From a virus (taxonomy: Duplodnaviria; Caudoviricetes), in IMG/VR virus record IMGVR_UViG_3300037424_000877, positions 1-57,335 of that record: a DNA stretch of 57,335 bases. One strand, written 5' to 3'. The notes below the pieces were generated by a model. It saw nothing but the letters and a program-made list of their open reading frames with translations. It made no database searches and was not told the DNA's origin. The translations under genes and the position numbers were made by a program. Within the stretch, counting starts at the first letter, position 1; each line of letters opens with the position of its first letter. This document shows positions 17,682 through 27,822 of the stretch, piece by piece.

Positions 17682-18796
17682 GGTACGAACAGCCTCACTC
17701 CGCTATTGCCCGAGACGTATAGCGAATCGTTCGCCACGTACAACCGGTGCGCGTTACCGTTACCGTCGCCGCTTGACACAGGGTCTTCAACATCCCAGGT
17801 CAGCCCGCCGTCGAGCGACATGTGGATGAAGTTCCCAGTCGCTCGGTACTCCGAGGCCAGTACGAGCGGTCCGTAGGACACGACCGATTCTGACACCCCT
17901 CCGACCGAAGTGTTGCCTAGTGAGTGCGCAGACGAGAACGAAAGCCCGTCGTCAACGGACACGTAGTAGTGCTGCAAAGAGTTCGTGGAGTCTTCGATGC
18001 AGATAACCCACGTCCCGTGGAACTCGTTACACGCGACCCCGCAGATCGCACCCGTTGTACCGCCTGAGACCGCGAACGTGTAAGTGCTCCAGGATCCTGA
18101 CACCGGCCTGCGCACGACCCGGATGTTGATTGAGGCCCCGTCACGTGCGGCGCTCAGAACTGTCCCGGTGGTCTGGTTGACGTCGAACTGCACGTGCGTT
18201 CGGGTCGACCCCGTGTCGTAGACCGTGAACGCCGTTGCGAGATCCGGGCTCGAGGCCATTCCGATCGTACCCGAGCCGTTCGCGTCACCTACCCAGAAGA
18301 GCCCTCCGACCGAGTCCCGCCGGATCCGTTGCGGAGACGTCATTCCGGATGCGAACGTGGTCCAAGTCGTGCCTCTGTTGTCCGTATATCGGCCAAGGAA
18401 CGTCCCGCTCCCGACGACACCGAGACGTGCCGTCGTCGGATTACTTGCCGCACTGCGTACCGTCGTCGTGAACCCTGGGTCGGTGCGTGCAATGTTTGCG
18501 AACTGGGTTGCCTCTTGCGCAGTGACGGCCAGATCGACAGAGATGTGGTGTCCTCCCGAGCCGGCAACGATCTCTCGTCGGTTCGCCGGGCTGGCTTCCA
18601 ACCTACGGATCCGCCGCGCGAAGAAGCTCGCATACTCCTTGTTGTGCCAGTCCAGCAGATAGTTGATCTTCTGTCGCGACACGACTCCCATTCCGCTAGG
18701 CGCGTGGGCCGGTCGTGTCTTTGACACCAGTCCCCCTGCGTCAAGCTCGTTCAGAGCGACGGGATATTTGACCAGCGGCGGAATAGATTGGGACAT
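17678..18796 (-). CDS. BNR/Asp-box beta-propeller virion protein
   Basis: TDNRGTTW, SVDDGLSF, SLDGGLTW. Confidence 0.75.
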   Translation of the reverse strand: MSQSIPPLVKYPVALNELDAGGLVSKTRPAHAPSGMGVVSRQKINYLLDWHNKEYASFFARRIRRLEASPANRREIVAGSGGHHISVDLAVTAQEATQFANIARTDPGFTTTVRSAASNPTTARLGVVGSGTFLGRYTDNRGTTWTTFASGMTSPQRIRRDSVGGLFWVGDANGSGTIGMASSPDLATAFTVYDTGSTRTHVQFDVNQTTGTVLSAARDGASINIRVVRRPVSGSWSTYTFAVSGGTTGAICGVACNEFHGTWVICIEDSTNSLQHYYVSVDDGLSFSSAHSLGNTSVGGVSESVVSYGPLVLASEYRATGNFIHMSLDGGLTWDVEDPVSSGDGNGNAHRLYVANDSLYVSGNSGVRLFVP

Positions 18797-18797
18797 C

Positions 18798-19661
18798 TTA
18801 AAAAGGCTGTGAATCCGGGAACTCAGACCCCCAAAAGGACGGATTCGAAATAGTTAAAGTCCCCCCGACACCGGCGGCTCTGGTGACGGGCAGTATGTGC
18901 GTGGCGGCCAAGGGTGTGAAGTCTGGCACACCGTCGAAGTGAATGTCAACTGCTCCCGGCCCTGTCGTGTCAACTTGTACCGTCCCGGAGCCCTTCAGAG
19001 CAGCCGACGTCACGGCGATCAAGTCTTCGTAGCCACCGGACGAGCGGTTCGCCGCAGCCCGAGCCCGGATAAGTGCGCGAAACGTTTCCTGATCGAACCC
19101 GAGTCGAAACTGTCCAACGATCTGTCCAAGCAGATCCAGTCGCTGGGCTATCGCGAAGTCGATGTGATAGGCGTACCGCACGTCATAGGCTTGTTCGGAC
19201 AGCTCTTGGATCTCGGTCAGCATCGCCAGCAGGTAGGACGTGATCCGAGGCTTCCCGTAGAACGGCAGGGCCAGGTCCAGGACACCTTGAAGGTGGTTGA
19301 CATTCTGTCGGTACCAGGTCACCTGCACGCAAGGTGTCGCCGCGGGCGGGGACGGAAATTCGGCCAGCGCGCGAACGGCCCAGAACAGCTGATTGCCTGG
19401 GTCTACGGCCGTGCTCAAGGTGTTCTCGCGGAACTGGACCGTGGAGGTCGTTCCGAGTGAGACGATGGCCGGGTCGTCGTAGATGTCGCAGACGTGAGTC
19501 CAAAACAGATACCGCGTCCCGTCCCACAGCTCGAACTTCACTCGCGATTCGTCCTCTAGTGGGACGATCGGGACGATCAGCAAGTCGTCGGCCTGCATGA
19601 TCTGCAAGCGCGTCGACGCGCGAGCGAAGGCCAGGTCAGGCTTGACCGTTGTGATTGCCAA
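18798..19661 (-). CDS. baseplate wedge protein (DUF2612-like)
   Basis: IDFAIAQRLDLLGQIVGQ.R...FRALIRAR...RAAGV. Confidence 0.75.
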   Translation of the reverse strand: MAITTVKPDLAFARASTRLQIMQADDLLIVPIVPLEDESRVKFELWDGTRYLFWTHVCDIYDDPAIVSLGTTSTVQFRENTLSTAVDPGNQLFWAVRALAEFPSPPAATPCVQVTWYRQNVNHLQGVLDLALPFYGKPRITSYLLAMLTEIQELSEQAYDVRYAYHIDFAIAQRLDLLGQIVGQFRLGFDQETFRALIRARAAANRSSGGYEDLIAVTSAALKGSGTVQVDTTGPGAVDIHFDGVPDFTPLAATHILPVTRAAGVGGTLTISNPSFWGSEFPDSQPF

Positions 19662-19935
19662 CTTTGCGCTCCTCTTCCATGCGCTTTAGGACAACACTCA
19701 CCATTTGCTTCTTCACGGTCACAAGCTCTTGTGAATGTCGTTCGAGGATTTTCCCGTGCTCGTCGTGACCGATCAGAAGGCGGTCTTGCTTGGCGTCGAT
19801 AGCCTTGAGCATTTCTCGCACGTCCGGCTCGTCTTTTTTGCCGAACATCAATTTAGACACGTTCCAGGCCTTCCACATTGCTGGCAGTCCTGCGGCCAAG
19901 ACGCCTAGAGCAGCAAAGATCGGTGTGTAGTCCAT
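19636..19935 (-). CDS. single-TM coiled-coil protein (possible holin or i-spanin)
   Basis: N-terminal TM followed by charged coiled coil. Confidence 0.5.
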   Translation of the reverse strand: MDYTPIFAALGVLAAGLPAMWKAWNVSKLMFGKKDEPDVREMLKAIDAKQDRLLIGHDEHGKILERHSQELVTVKKQMVSVVLKRMEEERKVGNHNGQA

Positions 19936-20000
19936 AATAGGTTCCGAGGGACGGGCGGTGAATGAGGAGGAGGCAATCGCCGCCCGCCCCCGAAAGATTG

Positions 20001-20075
20001 TCACGTCAGAAAAAAGTAGGCGAACAACACTCCTTGGAATGTGGCGATACCGGCCCAGATGAATCGGTCAAGCAA
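20001..20075 (-). CDS. 24-aa hydrophobic peptide
   Basis: GGAGG 8 nt before TTG; MLDRFIWAGIATFQGVLFAYFFLT. Confidence 0.4.
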   Translation of the reverse strand: MLDRFIWAGIATFQGVLFAYFFLT

Positions 20076-21018
20076 CAAAGAAGCCTCCCATGTAGCCCCG
20101 CAGCAGTGCCGCCTCCTGTGAAGTCAGCAAACGGTTGACTAGCACGAGCTGAGAGACTGAGCCAGTCAAAGCGTTTGAGCCGTCCGGGTCGGCCCCGATC
20201 GACAGCGCGGTGGTCGGTGTCCCGAACAGCCCAGTGATTGTCGCGTCGGTCCCGACAGTGGTCACGTAGTCGTCAGCGTAGACGCCTAGGGTCCCGCTAG
20301 CAGAGCCTGTGAACCGGGATCGCCACACGTGCACGGCCGTGTTCACGGTGCCTCCAGTGGCTTCGTAGGCGGCTGCCCCGGTCGAGTTCATGATGCGCGA
20401 CCGGAACGCCGCGGTAGTATTACACTCGAGCAGGAACGCCGCAGCGGTGTCGCCGGCCGAACGACTGGACAGGATCCGGTCGCCGGAGCTCGCAACCGTG
20501 TCCCGAGTCACGGCCCAGACTTCGAACGCGCTCCCGTTGGCCAGGAAATCGAACGCGCTCAGCGCGCCGTTCCAGACCAGGCGGTCGCCGTTGTCAAACG
20601 AAGCGTAATAGGTCGACGAGCCGCTGTTCGCACGTTGCGGCTGGGCCGACCCGGTACCCTGCGCGAACGCCCCGACCGCAGTGCCTTTGTTAGTGGCCGC
20701 AGTGATCGAAGCACCACTGAGAGACAGCGAGCTTGCGTCGTTAAAGTCGACCCACGCGATCAGGTTCGGACCAAACGACAGAGGGGAGAACAGTTCCGGG
20801 ACGGTTTGGATCACTTTCCAGGCCCCGGAGATCCAAACCAGCAATTGACCGGTCAGGAGATCGAGGAACGGGAACCCGTTCGGCACCCCAGTCGGGCGGA
20901 CGGTCCCGGACTGTGGGTAGTACGCAAGGCCATTCCCGACCGAGTTGACGAACGCGGCATACCCGGCCTGACTAGCAGTCGGGGCAAGCACCCCGTTTGC
21001 AAACTTGATACCGATCAT
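20068..21018 (-). CDS. LamG/concanavalin-like tail-associated protein
   Basis: PLSFG..LIAWVD...FEVWAV...IGA...GSVSQLVLVNRLLT. Confidence 0.7.
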   Translation of the reverse strand: MIGIKFANGVLAPTASQAGYAAFVNSVGNGLAYYPQSGTVRPTGVPNGFPFLDLLTGQLLVWISGAWKVIQTVPELFSPLSFGPNLIAWVDFNDASSLSLSGASITAATNKGTAVGAFAQGTGSAQPQRANSGSSTYYASFDNGDRLVWNGALSAFDFLANGSAFEVWAVTRDTVASSGDRILSSRSAGDTAAAFLLECNTTAAFRSRIMNSTGAAAYEATGGTVNTAVHVWRSRFTGSASGTLGVYADDYVTTVGTDATITGLFGTPTTALSIGADPDGSNALTGSVSQLVLVNRLLTSQEAALLRGYMGGFFVA

Positions 21019-21935
21019 TCGCCCACCTTCCTCAACGATCGCTGAAATGCTGCGTGCTTCAAAGACGCTTCATCGTCTGTCAACAGTCTTCGAATGAACG
21101 CGAAGTCACCAATCTGCCCCTGGAACGGTGAGCCTGAGTGTCCCTGTACGTTCCCCAGTTGCCAGGTACCGGACAGGGCTGTAGCGAGTGTCCCGTTCGT
21201 GGAGGTGTCCGGGAACGAGGCCGACCCGTCAGCACTGACCGCAATCGACACCGTCCTGTGGTGTCGTACCCGAATCACGTGTGTCTGGTCGATCGAGATC
21301 GGACCCATCGTCGATTGGTAATAGATCCCGAGAGCATTGTTGAAGATCGTAATGCGTGGGCTGTCGGTTATGATCTCGAGGACCAGACCGCAGTCGACGC
21401 CGAGCAGCCCAAAGACGTGTCTGTTGCCGCTCAGGATCGTCGGTCGGACAGCGGCCCAGATCTCCCAGTCACTCGTGAGACGCCCGAGCTGCGGGAAGTC
21501 TTCAGCGATCCCGCTCCAGTCAAGCCGGTCGTTCGTCCCGTCGAATTGCAGGCACGGCTGCGCAAACCCTTCCGCTTCGTCGACCAGCGCCGGCGCTTGT
21601 CCCGCCTCGAAGGAGCCCACGACGCTTCCCTGGTTCTCCCAGTTGGTGACCGGGTCTCCTGTGACTCCTTCTAGTGGGGTCACGAACAACCGAGTGTCTT
21701 CGTCGAACGCTGCGGCCGAGCCGTAGAACGCATACGGTCCGACGTGCAGACCCTGCTTCAGGGAGTAGCTCCAGTGCCCCTCAGGCGTCCCTTCGAGGGC
21801 GACGTTCCGGGTTACGGAAGGCCAATAGGAGATCTCGCCGTTAGGGTCGACGAACATCCGCCCGCCGGCAAGGTACCAGTCTGGATGGGCTAGTCCGCCC
21901 CAGCACGGCCGTCCGATGACCGTATCAGCGCTCAT
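21015..21935 (-). CDS. LamG/concanavalin-like tail-associated protein
   Basis: VTNWENQG...FDGTNDRL...FQGQIGDFAFIRRLLT. Confidence 0.7.
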   Translation of the reverse strand: MSADTVIGRPCWGGLAHPDWYLAGGRMFVDPNGEISYWPSVTRNVALEGTPEGHWSYSLKQGLHVGPYAFYGSAAAFDEDTRLFVTPLEGVTGDPVTNWENQGSVVGSFEAGQAPALVDEAEGFAQPCLQFDGTNDRLDWSGIAEDFPQLGRLTSDWEIWAAVRPTILSGNRHVFGLLGVDCGLVLEIITDSPRITIFNNALGIYYQSTMGPISIDQTHVIRVRHHRTVSIAVSADGSASFPDTSTNGTLATALSGTWQLGNVQGHSGSPFQGQIGDFAFIRRLLTDDEASLKHAAFQRSLRKVGE

Positions 21936-23143
21936 AATTCGTCCACGTCCATGTTGCCGGGAGTGGCGTGTTCGTCTTCGAGTATGGGAATGCTTTCACC
22001 GAGTGCATCTGCGACGACGAGCCCGCCGTCTAGACTCAGGGTCGCAACTTCCCAGTCGAAATTCTGCTCAGTAATCCAGTCTTGAACCTCGCACAACACA
22101 CGCGACCAGACGACGTCTTCTCCGACCCCGAGGGCCATGATATAGGTCGTGTAGAACAGCTCGAACGCCTCTTGCTGCTCAGCAGTGATCGGAGGAGTGT
22201 CGGTCGTGACCTCGAGAGCAATGTCGACCGGGTGTTCTTCTGCGCGATCGAACAGGCGGATCTGCGAGACACCTTCGGAGTCGAGGAACGTCCCGTTCAA
22301 TACCCCGCTGGTCGGGATCCCAGCCGCGACGTCGACCGCTGCTGCTACCTCGTTCGCGTCGGCCCCGTAGACGACGGCCACGCCGTTCCAGGTACCGTCC
22401 CATATGATCGCCCGAACCCCGTGCGGCGGGATCCCAGCGTCGTAAACGTCGGAGGTGTTCTCTAGCACGTTTGCTTCGACCACGCCGTCCACCGCTTCAA
22501 GATCCGCTTCGATCGAGGCCGTCGTGTGGCTCCCGACCGTGGTCAACTGCTCTTCTTGTCTGGCGCGGTATGCCGGATCGGTCTCGACGTCGGTCCCGTT
22601 CTGGGCTGCGTCGGTGTTGGTAATACTGTTCCAGCCGACGACCGGCTGTGCGATGACGGTCAACACTCCCGGTGAGCTAATCTGAAAAGCGGCGCCAGTG
22701 CTCTCCGACACGAAGATCGCAACGTAGCCCCCGGCGGTCGTCGAGGTGACGGCGTCCCGGTTTACCCACCGGTTGTCAGGCTGCCCGGCAACGTATGCGA
22801 CCATCGCTCCGGCCGCAGCCGAGAACGACGCCGACAGATTGACGATCGTCGCGACGACACCCTGTTGTGACGACTTCCGCAGCACCCCTCGAAGGAGACC
22901 GACACTGTCCAGCGCTGCGTCGACAGCGTTATCTGGATTGAATGCGTCGTGCGTCTTACCGAGTTCATCCGAGGCAATCCCCAGCTGGTCGCACACGATC
23001 TGAAGAATGTTGCCTTCGACTTCGTCCTCGGTCAGGAGCAGGTCCTCGCCCAAGGCTTGCCGAACGGAGTTCTGCATACCAGCGAGGTATTCGCTGGACG
23101 ACTTGGTTTTGAAACCCGTTGGGTTGAGTCCGAAGGAGGGCAT
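21932..23143 (-). CDS. baseplate J/gp47 family protein
   Basis: FNPDNA...LDSVG...G.DVETDPAYRAR...VDGV..A.V.EN...PPHG. Confidence 0.88.
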   Translation of the reverse strand: MPSFGLNPTGFKTKSSSEYLAGMQNSVRQALGEDLLLTEDEVEGNILQIVCDQLGIASDELGKTHDAFNPDNAVDAALDSVGLLRGVLRKSSQQGVVATIVNLSASFSAAAGAMVAYVAGQPDNRWVNRDAVTSTTAGGYVAIFVSESTGAAFQISSPGVLTVIAQPVVGWNSITNTDAAQNGTDVETDPAYRARQEEQLTTVGSHTTASIEADLEAVDGVVEANVLENTSDVYDAGIPPHGVRAIIWDGTWNGVAVVYGADANEVAAAVDVAAGIPTSGVLNGTFLDSEGVSQIRLFDRAEEHPVDIALEVTTDTPPITAEQQEAFELFYTTYIMALGVGEDVVWSRVLCEVQDWITEQNFDWEVATLSLDGGLVVADALGESIPILEDEHATPGNMDVDEL

Positions 23144-25929
23144 TATGTGTTGGTTGCTCTTCCGGTTTCGAACCAGTTCGATCCGGTCTTGACAAACTGT
23201 GTTGTGTTCTCGTTAGACGTGTGTGTTCGATCAGCTGCTGTGTCCAGTCTGATGTTACCGGTAGCGTGCTTAAAAACCACATCGCGCGCGTCAGAAGTCG
23301 TCAAGAACGTGACTGTCTGTCCGTCAACTCCTCCGCTGATCGTGACCAAATCGTCTGTTGCCGCAGCTCCTTCGGTGTCGACTTGCACAAGCTGTGTCCA
23401 GGGACTCGTGATCGTGATTGCGCCTGCGGAAATGGTGAGGGTTTCTTTGAACGTGGTCGGGACGACCGCATCGGAGGGGATTGTCCCGAATCCGAGTGTT
23501 GTCCCACTGACCCGCAGGACCTGACCGTCGGTACCCGCAATGACGGCAAGATCTGCGGTCGCGTTCGTCGGATTGCCGATCACACTTAACGCTGCGGCAG
23601 TCACGAGCGCGTTCAGTGGCGTTCCGGAAGTCAGCCCGACCGCGAGCTCCAACCACTCAGAGCCAACTTTAATGAAGGTCGCTGTGTCGCGCGTGGCCGA
23701 AAGAACAAGGTCGGCTTTCCCTGTTGGGCGGATGTTGCCGACGCGGCGGACCGTGATAGTCGCCAAGGGAACGGCGCGAATTGTCAGGATCTGCCCGCTG
23801 ATCCCGCCGGATATGGTGTCGAGATTATCAGATCCTGCTCCACCTTCGGTCGACACCGCCGCGCTACTCGCTGCGGCAGTTGTGACCGAAATGGATCCTG
23901 CACTAATTGTTACTGATTCGTTATAGAGTGGGAAGACAGAGGCGGACGAAATAGTCCCGAACCCGAGAGCTGTCCCGCTGACCCGGAGCACCTGACCGTC
24001 GGTGCCCGCAATGTCTGCTGGCACACCGGTGCTGTTAGCGCTGCGTCCGATGACCGAGAGCGCGGCGCTGTCTCTTAGCCCCGCACTCGCAACCGTCCCG
24101 AACCCGAGAGCTGTCCCGCTGACCCGGAGCACCTGACCGTCGGTGCCCGCAATGTCAGCCGGTACTCCGGTGCTGTTCGCACTGCGTCCGATGACGGACA
24201 GCGCAACCGAGTCACGAAGCTTAGCACTGGTGACCCCGGCGTCTGCGATCTGGATCGAGCCGTCGGCGGAATGTCCGAGACCCCCCGTGGGGCGGAGAGC
24301 GCGGCTGACTTCGTACCAGGTCGATCCGCGTTTTTGAAATACAATTTGTTCAGCAACGGCGAGTGATGTAAATGACGCATCCAGTACCGAAGACAAATTC
24401 CCACCGCCAACACTATTATCACGATACTGCACATCACGCGAAGAAGAAGTCGGCTGAAATATCGCGATCTGACCTTCCGCCCCTCCATTAATCGTGTCGA
24501 GATCGTCCGTCGCCGCAGCGGCTTCTGTGTCGATCAATACTCGAACAACGGGTGTTGTGCTGACGATCGTGATCGCCCCGGCCGCGATGGTGAGGGTCTC
24601 GACGACCGGGGAGAGCGCAGGCCCTACGATCGCTGCGGCCTGCGCGGCGGTAAGGTCTTCTGGGTCCCCGGTTCCGGCGGTCGTGCGGCCCTTGATCGTC
24701 TGGGTCGCCATGTTCGCGGCTTTGGGGTTAGTGACCGCGTCGTCGGAGATCCCCGCCGTCGCGACCGTCCCGAACCCCACTACCGATCCGGACTCTCTGA
24801 GGACAGCACCGCTCGCGGCAGTCGTGCTGATGTCAGCCGGCACTCCGGTGCTGTTCGCGCTACGACCGATCACCGAGAGCGCCGCACTATCCCTAAGCTT
24901 CGCGCTGGTGACCACACCGGCCGCGATCGTGGTCGCGTTAGCACCTGCCGACGCCGTGACATCACCGGTCAGTGCCGATCGACGGATGGTCTGAGATCCC
25001 GTGAACTCGAGTCCGCCCGTCACGCCGATCAGTTCCGGATCGCCACTTGCAGCCGTGTCCCGACCGATCAAAACGTCTGTGACGATGTCCTGGATCTTCG
25101 CAAGTGTCACCGCATTGTCTGCGATCCCCGCCGTCGCGACCGTCCCGAACCCTACTACCGATCCGGACTCTCTGAGGACAGCACCGCTCGCGGCAGTCGT
25201 GCTGATGTCCGCCGGGTCGCCGGTGCTGTTCGCACTGCGTCCGATGACCGAAAGCGCCGCAGAGTCGCGCAAAATAGCGTCTGTTACGGAGTTGTTTGTG
25301 AGCCCAGCACTGGCAATCGTACCAAACCCGAGTGTCGTCCCGCTAACCCGGAGCACCTGACCGTCAGTACCTGCGATGTCCGCCGGCACTCCGGTGCTGT
25401 TTGCGCTGCGTCCGATGACGGACAGCGCTGCCGAGTCTCTTAGCCCCGCACTCGCAACCGTCCCGAACCCGAGAGCTGTCCCGCTGACCCGGAGCACCTG
25501 ACCGTCGGTGCCCGCAATGTCTGCTGGCACACCGGTGCTGTTCGCGCTGCGTCCGATCACCGAGAGCGCCGCAGAGTCCCTAAGCTTCGCACTGGTGACC
25601 ACACCGGCCCCAATGACCGACGTGTTGCTGCCCGCCCCGACGGAGACGTCTCCGGTGATCCCGCTGCGCTGAAGCACCCCCGAACCGTTGAGCTCGATCC
25701 CTACGCCGATCGAAATCTCTTCTACCGCGCCGTCGCCGGGCGTGTCGCGCCCGAGCAGACGATCGGTCTGGATTGAAGACGAGCCGCTTGCGAGAGCGTT
25801 CTTTAGGAAGCGCGTACGGTTGGCGAGATCCTGAAGACCTGCGCGAACCGACTCGGCCGTGGCAAGCGTGAATGGATCTGGCGCTGTCGTGGTTTCTGCG
25901 AACTCGGAGACGTCTGTCAGCTCACTCAT
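23143..25929 (-). CDS. repeat-rich tail fibre protein
   Basis: LQDLANRTRFLK N-terminal fibre motif; six DSxALSVIGRSANSTG repeats plus one degenerate; three xTEGxAxxDxLxTIxGG domains. Confidence 0.8.
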   Translation of the reverse strand: MSELTDVSEFAETTTAPDPFTLATAESVRAGLQDLANRTRFLKNALASGSSSIQTDRLLGRDTPGDGAVEEISIGVGIELNGSGVLQRSGITGDVSVGAGSNTSVIGAGVVTSAKLRDSAALSVIGRSANSTGVPADIAGTDGQVLRVSGTALGFGTVASAGLRDSAALSVIGRSANSTGVPADIAGTDGQVLRVSGTTLGFGTIASAGLTNNSVTDAILRDSAALSVIGRSANSTGDPADISTTAASGAVLRESGSVVGFGTVATAGIADNAVTLAKIQDIVTDVLIGRDTAASGDPELIGVTGGLEFTGSQTIRRSALTGDVTASAGANATTIAAGVVTSAKLRDSAALSVIGRSANSTGVPADISTTAASGAVLRESGSVVGFGTVATAGISDDAVTNPKAANMATQTIKGRTTAGTGDPEDLTAAQAAAIVGPALSPVVETLTIAAGAITIVSTTPVVRVLIDTEAAAATDDLDTINGGAEGQIAIFQPTSSSRDVQYRDNSVGGGNLSSVLDASFTSLAVAEQIVFQKRGSTWYEVSRALRPTGGLGHSADGSIQIADAGVTSAKLRDSVALSVIGRSANSTGVPADIAGTDGQVLRVSGTALGFGTVASAGLRDSAALSVIGRSANSTGVPADIAGTDGQVLRVSGTALGFGTISSASVFPLYNESVTISAGSISVTTAAASSAAVSTEGGAGSDNLDTISGGISGQILTIRAVPLATITVRRVGNIRPTGKADLVLSATRDTATFIKVGSEWLELAVGLTSGTPLNALVTAAALSVIGNPTNATADLAVIAGTDGQVLRVSGTTLGFGTIPSDAVVPTTFKETLTISAGAITITSPWTQLVQVDTEGAAATDDLVTISGGVDGQTVTFLTTSDARDVVFKHATGNIRLDTAADRTHTSNENTTQFVKTGSNWFETGRATNT

Positions 25930-26324
25930 GACCAATAGTCCGTGTTGTACAGTGTCCCGTCATTCCAGTAGAATCCGAAATCGTCTTCCAGGACTTCAAC
26001 CCGTCCGGGGTCGCGACGCACGATCGCTTTGAAAGACACTGAAAGTATACGGGTTTTCCGGTCGAGTGTCAAATCAAGACGGTCAACCGAAATTACACCA
26101 GGGGTGGAAAGCAGAAAGGTGCGGAACACCTCACGAACTGCGCCTAGTGGCGCGGCCTGGCCGAGTACCTGATCGAGCAGGGGGATCCCCCGGAGAAGGT
26201 CGAACTTCCACGAGCCTCGGAAGATCAGCGATCCGACCCGGATGCGCTGGGCGGTCTCGTTGTCGGGTACGCCGAACCGACCCGCGGAAATCGACAGGTC
26301 TCCGGGAACGTCTAGAATGCTCAT
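25926..26324 (-). CDS. baseplate protein (gp46/gp25-like)
   Basis: GDL...AQRI...FRGSWKFD...GIP...TPGV...RILSVSF. Confidence 0.75.
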   Translation of the reverse strand: MSILDVPGDLSISAGRFGVPDNETAQRIRVGSLIFRGSWKFDLLRGIPLLDQVLGQAAPLGAVREVFRTFLLSTPGVISVDRLDLTLDRKTRILSVSFKAIVRRDPGRVEVLEDDFGFYWNDGTLYNTDYWS

Positions 26325-26965
26325 AGTGCTTTGACTTTCGTGGACTGTATGGCCAACGGCCAAGCGGCTGCGATGTTGACGTTCATGGCCGCTAGCGCGG
26401 CAGCCCCTCCGTCGGCCGGGACAACACCCGCAATTCCGGCAACGATCGCGGCAGTCAGTGCGGTCTTTAGTGCTGTTGCCAGAACCGCGAGATCAGTCGC
26501 GCCCGCGCCGAGCTGAATCTCATTCTCATTGACAACGATCTTCGTGACACCTGCACCAACCTCAATCGTCCCCGCCGCAGGGAACGGACCTCTCTTCTTG
26601 TCGCTTTGCTTGAACGGGATCGCCACCGCGTGGTAACCGTGGCGTCTCATTAAGTTCGGCGGGGACGCGACTCCGGTTGCCTTGAACTGACTCGGATCTA
26701 GTTCCTGGAAGACGAGCAGAACTTCATCGCCTTTGCTGGCCCCAATGCGCACGAAAGTCCCGCCGGCTTCGAACGCCTGCCACGGAACGTCCTCAATAGG
26801 CGGGATCTCTTCTTCGCCGTCCTTCACGGCGATCTGTACCGACACGGTCCCTTCGGACTGGTTGTACGCGGTCACGATCCCAGGAAGCGAGGTATGGATC
26901 TGTGCCATCTTAGAGCGCATTGTATCGCTCAGGATCTCAGGCCACGACGGTTGATCGGATCTCAT
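26321..26965 (-). CDS. baseplate central spike (Gp138 N-terminal-like)
   Basis: IHTSLPGIV.AY...VSVQ...IEDVP...KGDEVLLVF...RRH. Confidence 0.8.
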   Translation of the reverse strand: MRSDQPSWPEILSDTMRSKMAQIHTSLPGIVTAYNQSEGTVSVQIAVKDGEEEIPPIEDVPWQAFEAGGTFVRIGASKGDEVLLVFQELDPSQFKATGVASPPNLMRRHGYHAVAIPFKQSDKKRGPFPAAGTIEVGAGVTKIVVNENEIQLGAGATDLAVLATALKTALTAAIVAGIAGVVPADGGAAALAAMNVNIAAAWPLAIQSTKVKAL

Positions 26966-27822
26966 AACGGCTCCCCATCTACTTCTACGTACCAGTCGTT
27001 GTCAAAAGTCTTCCCTCGGTGCTTGGTTCGGATTGCGACGAAGTCCCCGGCGTAGCGCGTCGACTCGACTCGGAACGCAACACCCGGGACCAGGGCCGGC
27101 TGAAGCAGACACGTCAACGATATGTGTCCTTTCTTCTTGCCCTTCTTGTAGAGCCTCGGATGATTGACAAGCCCCGACGTTGGGCTGATCGACGGCCCGC
27201 CGAGCCGCGCCGGCTCACCGATGCGATGCGCCTGGAAGGCCCCGTTCTGGATACTCCACTCAAGCCCGACGCTCGCAGTGAACGCGCGAAGCTCCGCCGA
27301 CACAGCCCCCGCGATCGTCGTCGCAGAGGCCAGCGTCGATCCACCGCCTGCGAACTCCAGGTTGATGATCTGATTCAGGTTCCCTTGTCCAATCCCAGCC
27401 GCTTCGACCAAGGCTTTGAGCACTGTGGTCAGGGACGTCCCCTTCGAAAACGTTCTTCGGATTGTCGCCTCGAGAAGTTCTTTCTCTCCGTCGCCCGCGC
27501 TGGCCTGTGTGATCCACGTCGAGCCTTCGCGCCAGCTTTCCACTTGACGGATCGTCCCCAGGAAGATCAACTGCGGATCGGAACCGTAACCTGCTGCGAC
27601 CGAGCAAACTTCTCCCTCAGTAGAGTCCAGGGCGTTCCGGTGTTGCTCGTTCAGGTTGTAGATCTGAATCTCGGCTGTGTTCGGGATCGGGGTCTTGTCG
27701 CGTTCGATCTCAAACGCAGCTGACATCGTACGCCCGTTGGTCGCGTCGCGGGAATCTACACGGACACCACCTATGTCTATGATGAACGCGCGGTCGAAGA
27801 GAAGCGTGTTGAACGTGGTCAT
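26962..27822 (-). CDS. baseplate hub protein
   Basis: PNTAEIQIYNLN, AGYG..PQLIF.G, WSIQNG, CLLQPAL.PG. Confidence 0.8.
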   Translation of the reverse strand: MTTFNTLLFDRAFIIDIGGVRVDSRDATNGRTMSAAFEIERDKTPIPNTAEIQIYNLNEQHRNALDSTEGEVCSVAAGYGSDPQLIFLGTIRQVESWREGSTWITQASAGDGEKELLEATIRRTFSKGTSLTTVLKALVEAAGIGQGNLNQIINLEFAGGGSTLASATTIAGAVSAELRAFTASVGLEWSIQNGAFQAHRIGEPARLGGPSISPTSGLVNHPRLYKKGKKKGHISLTCLLQPALVPGVAFRVESTRYAGDFVAIRTKHRGKTFDNDWYVEVDGEPL

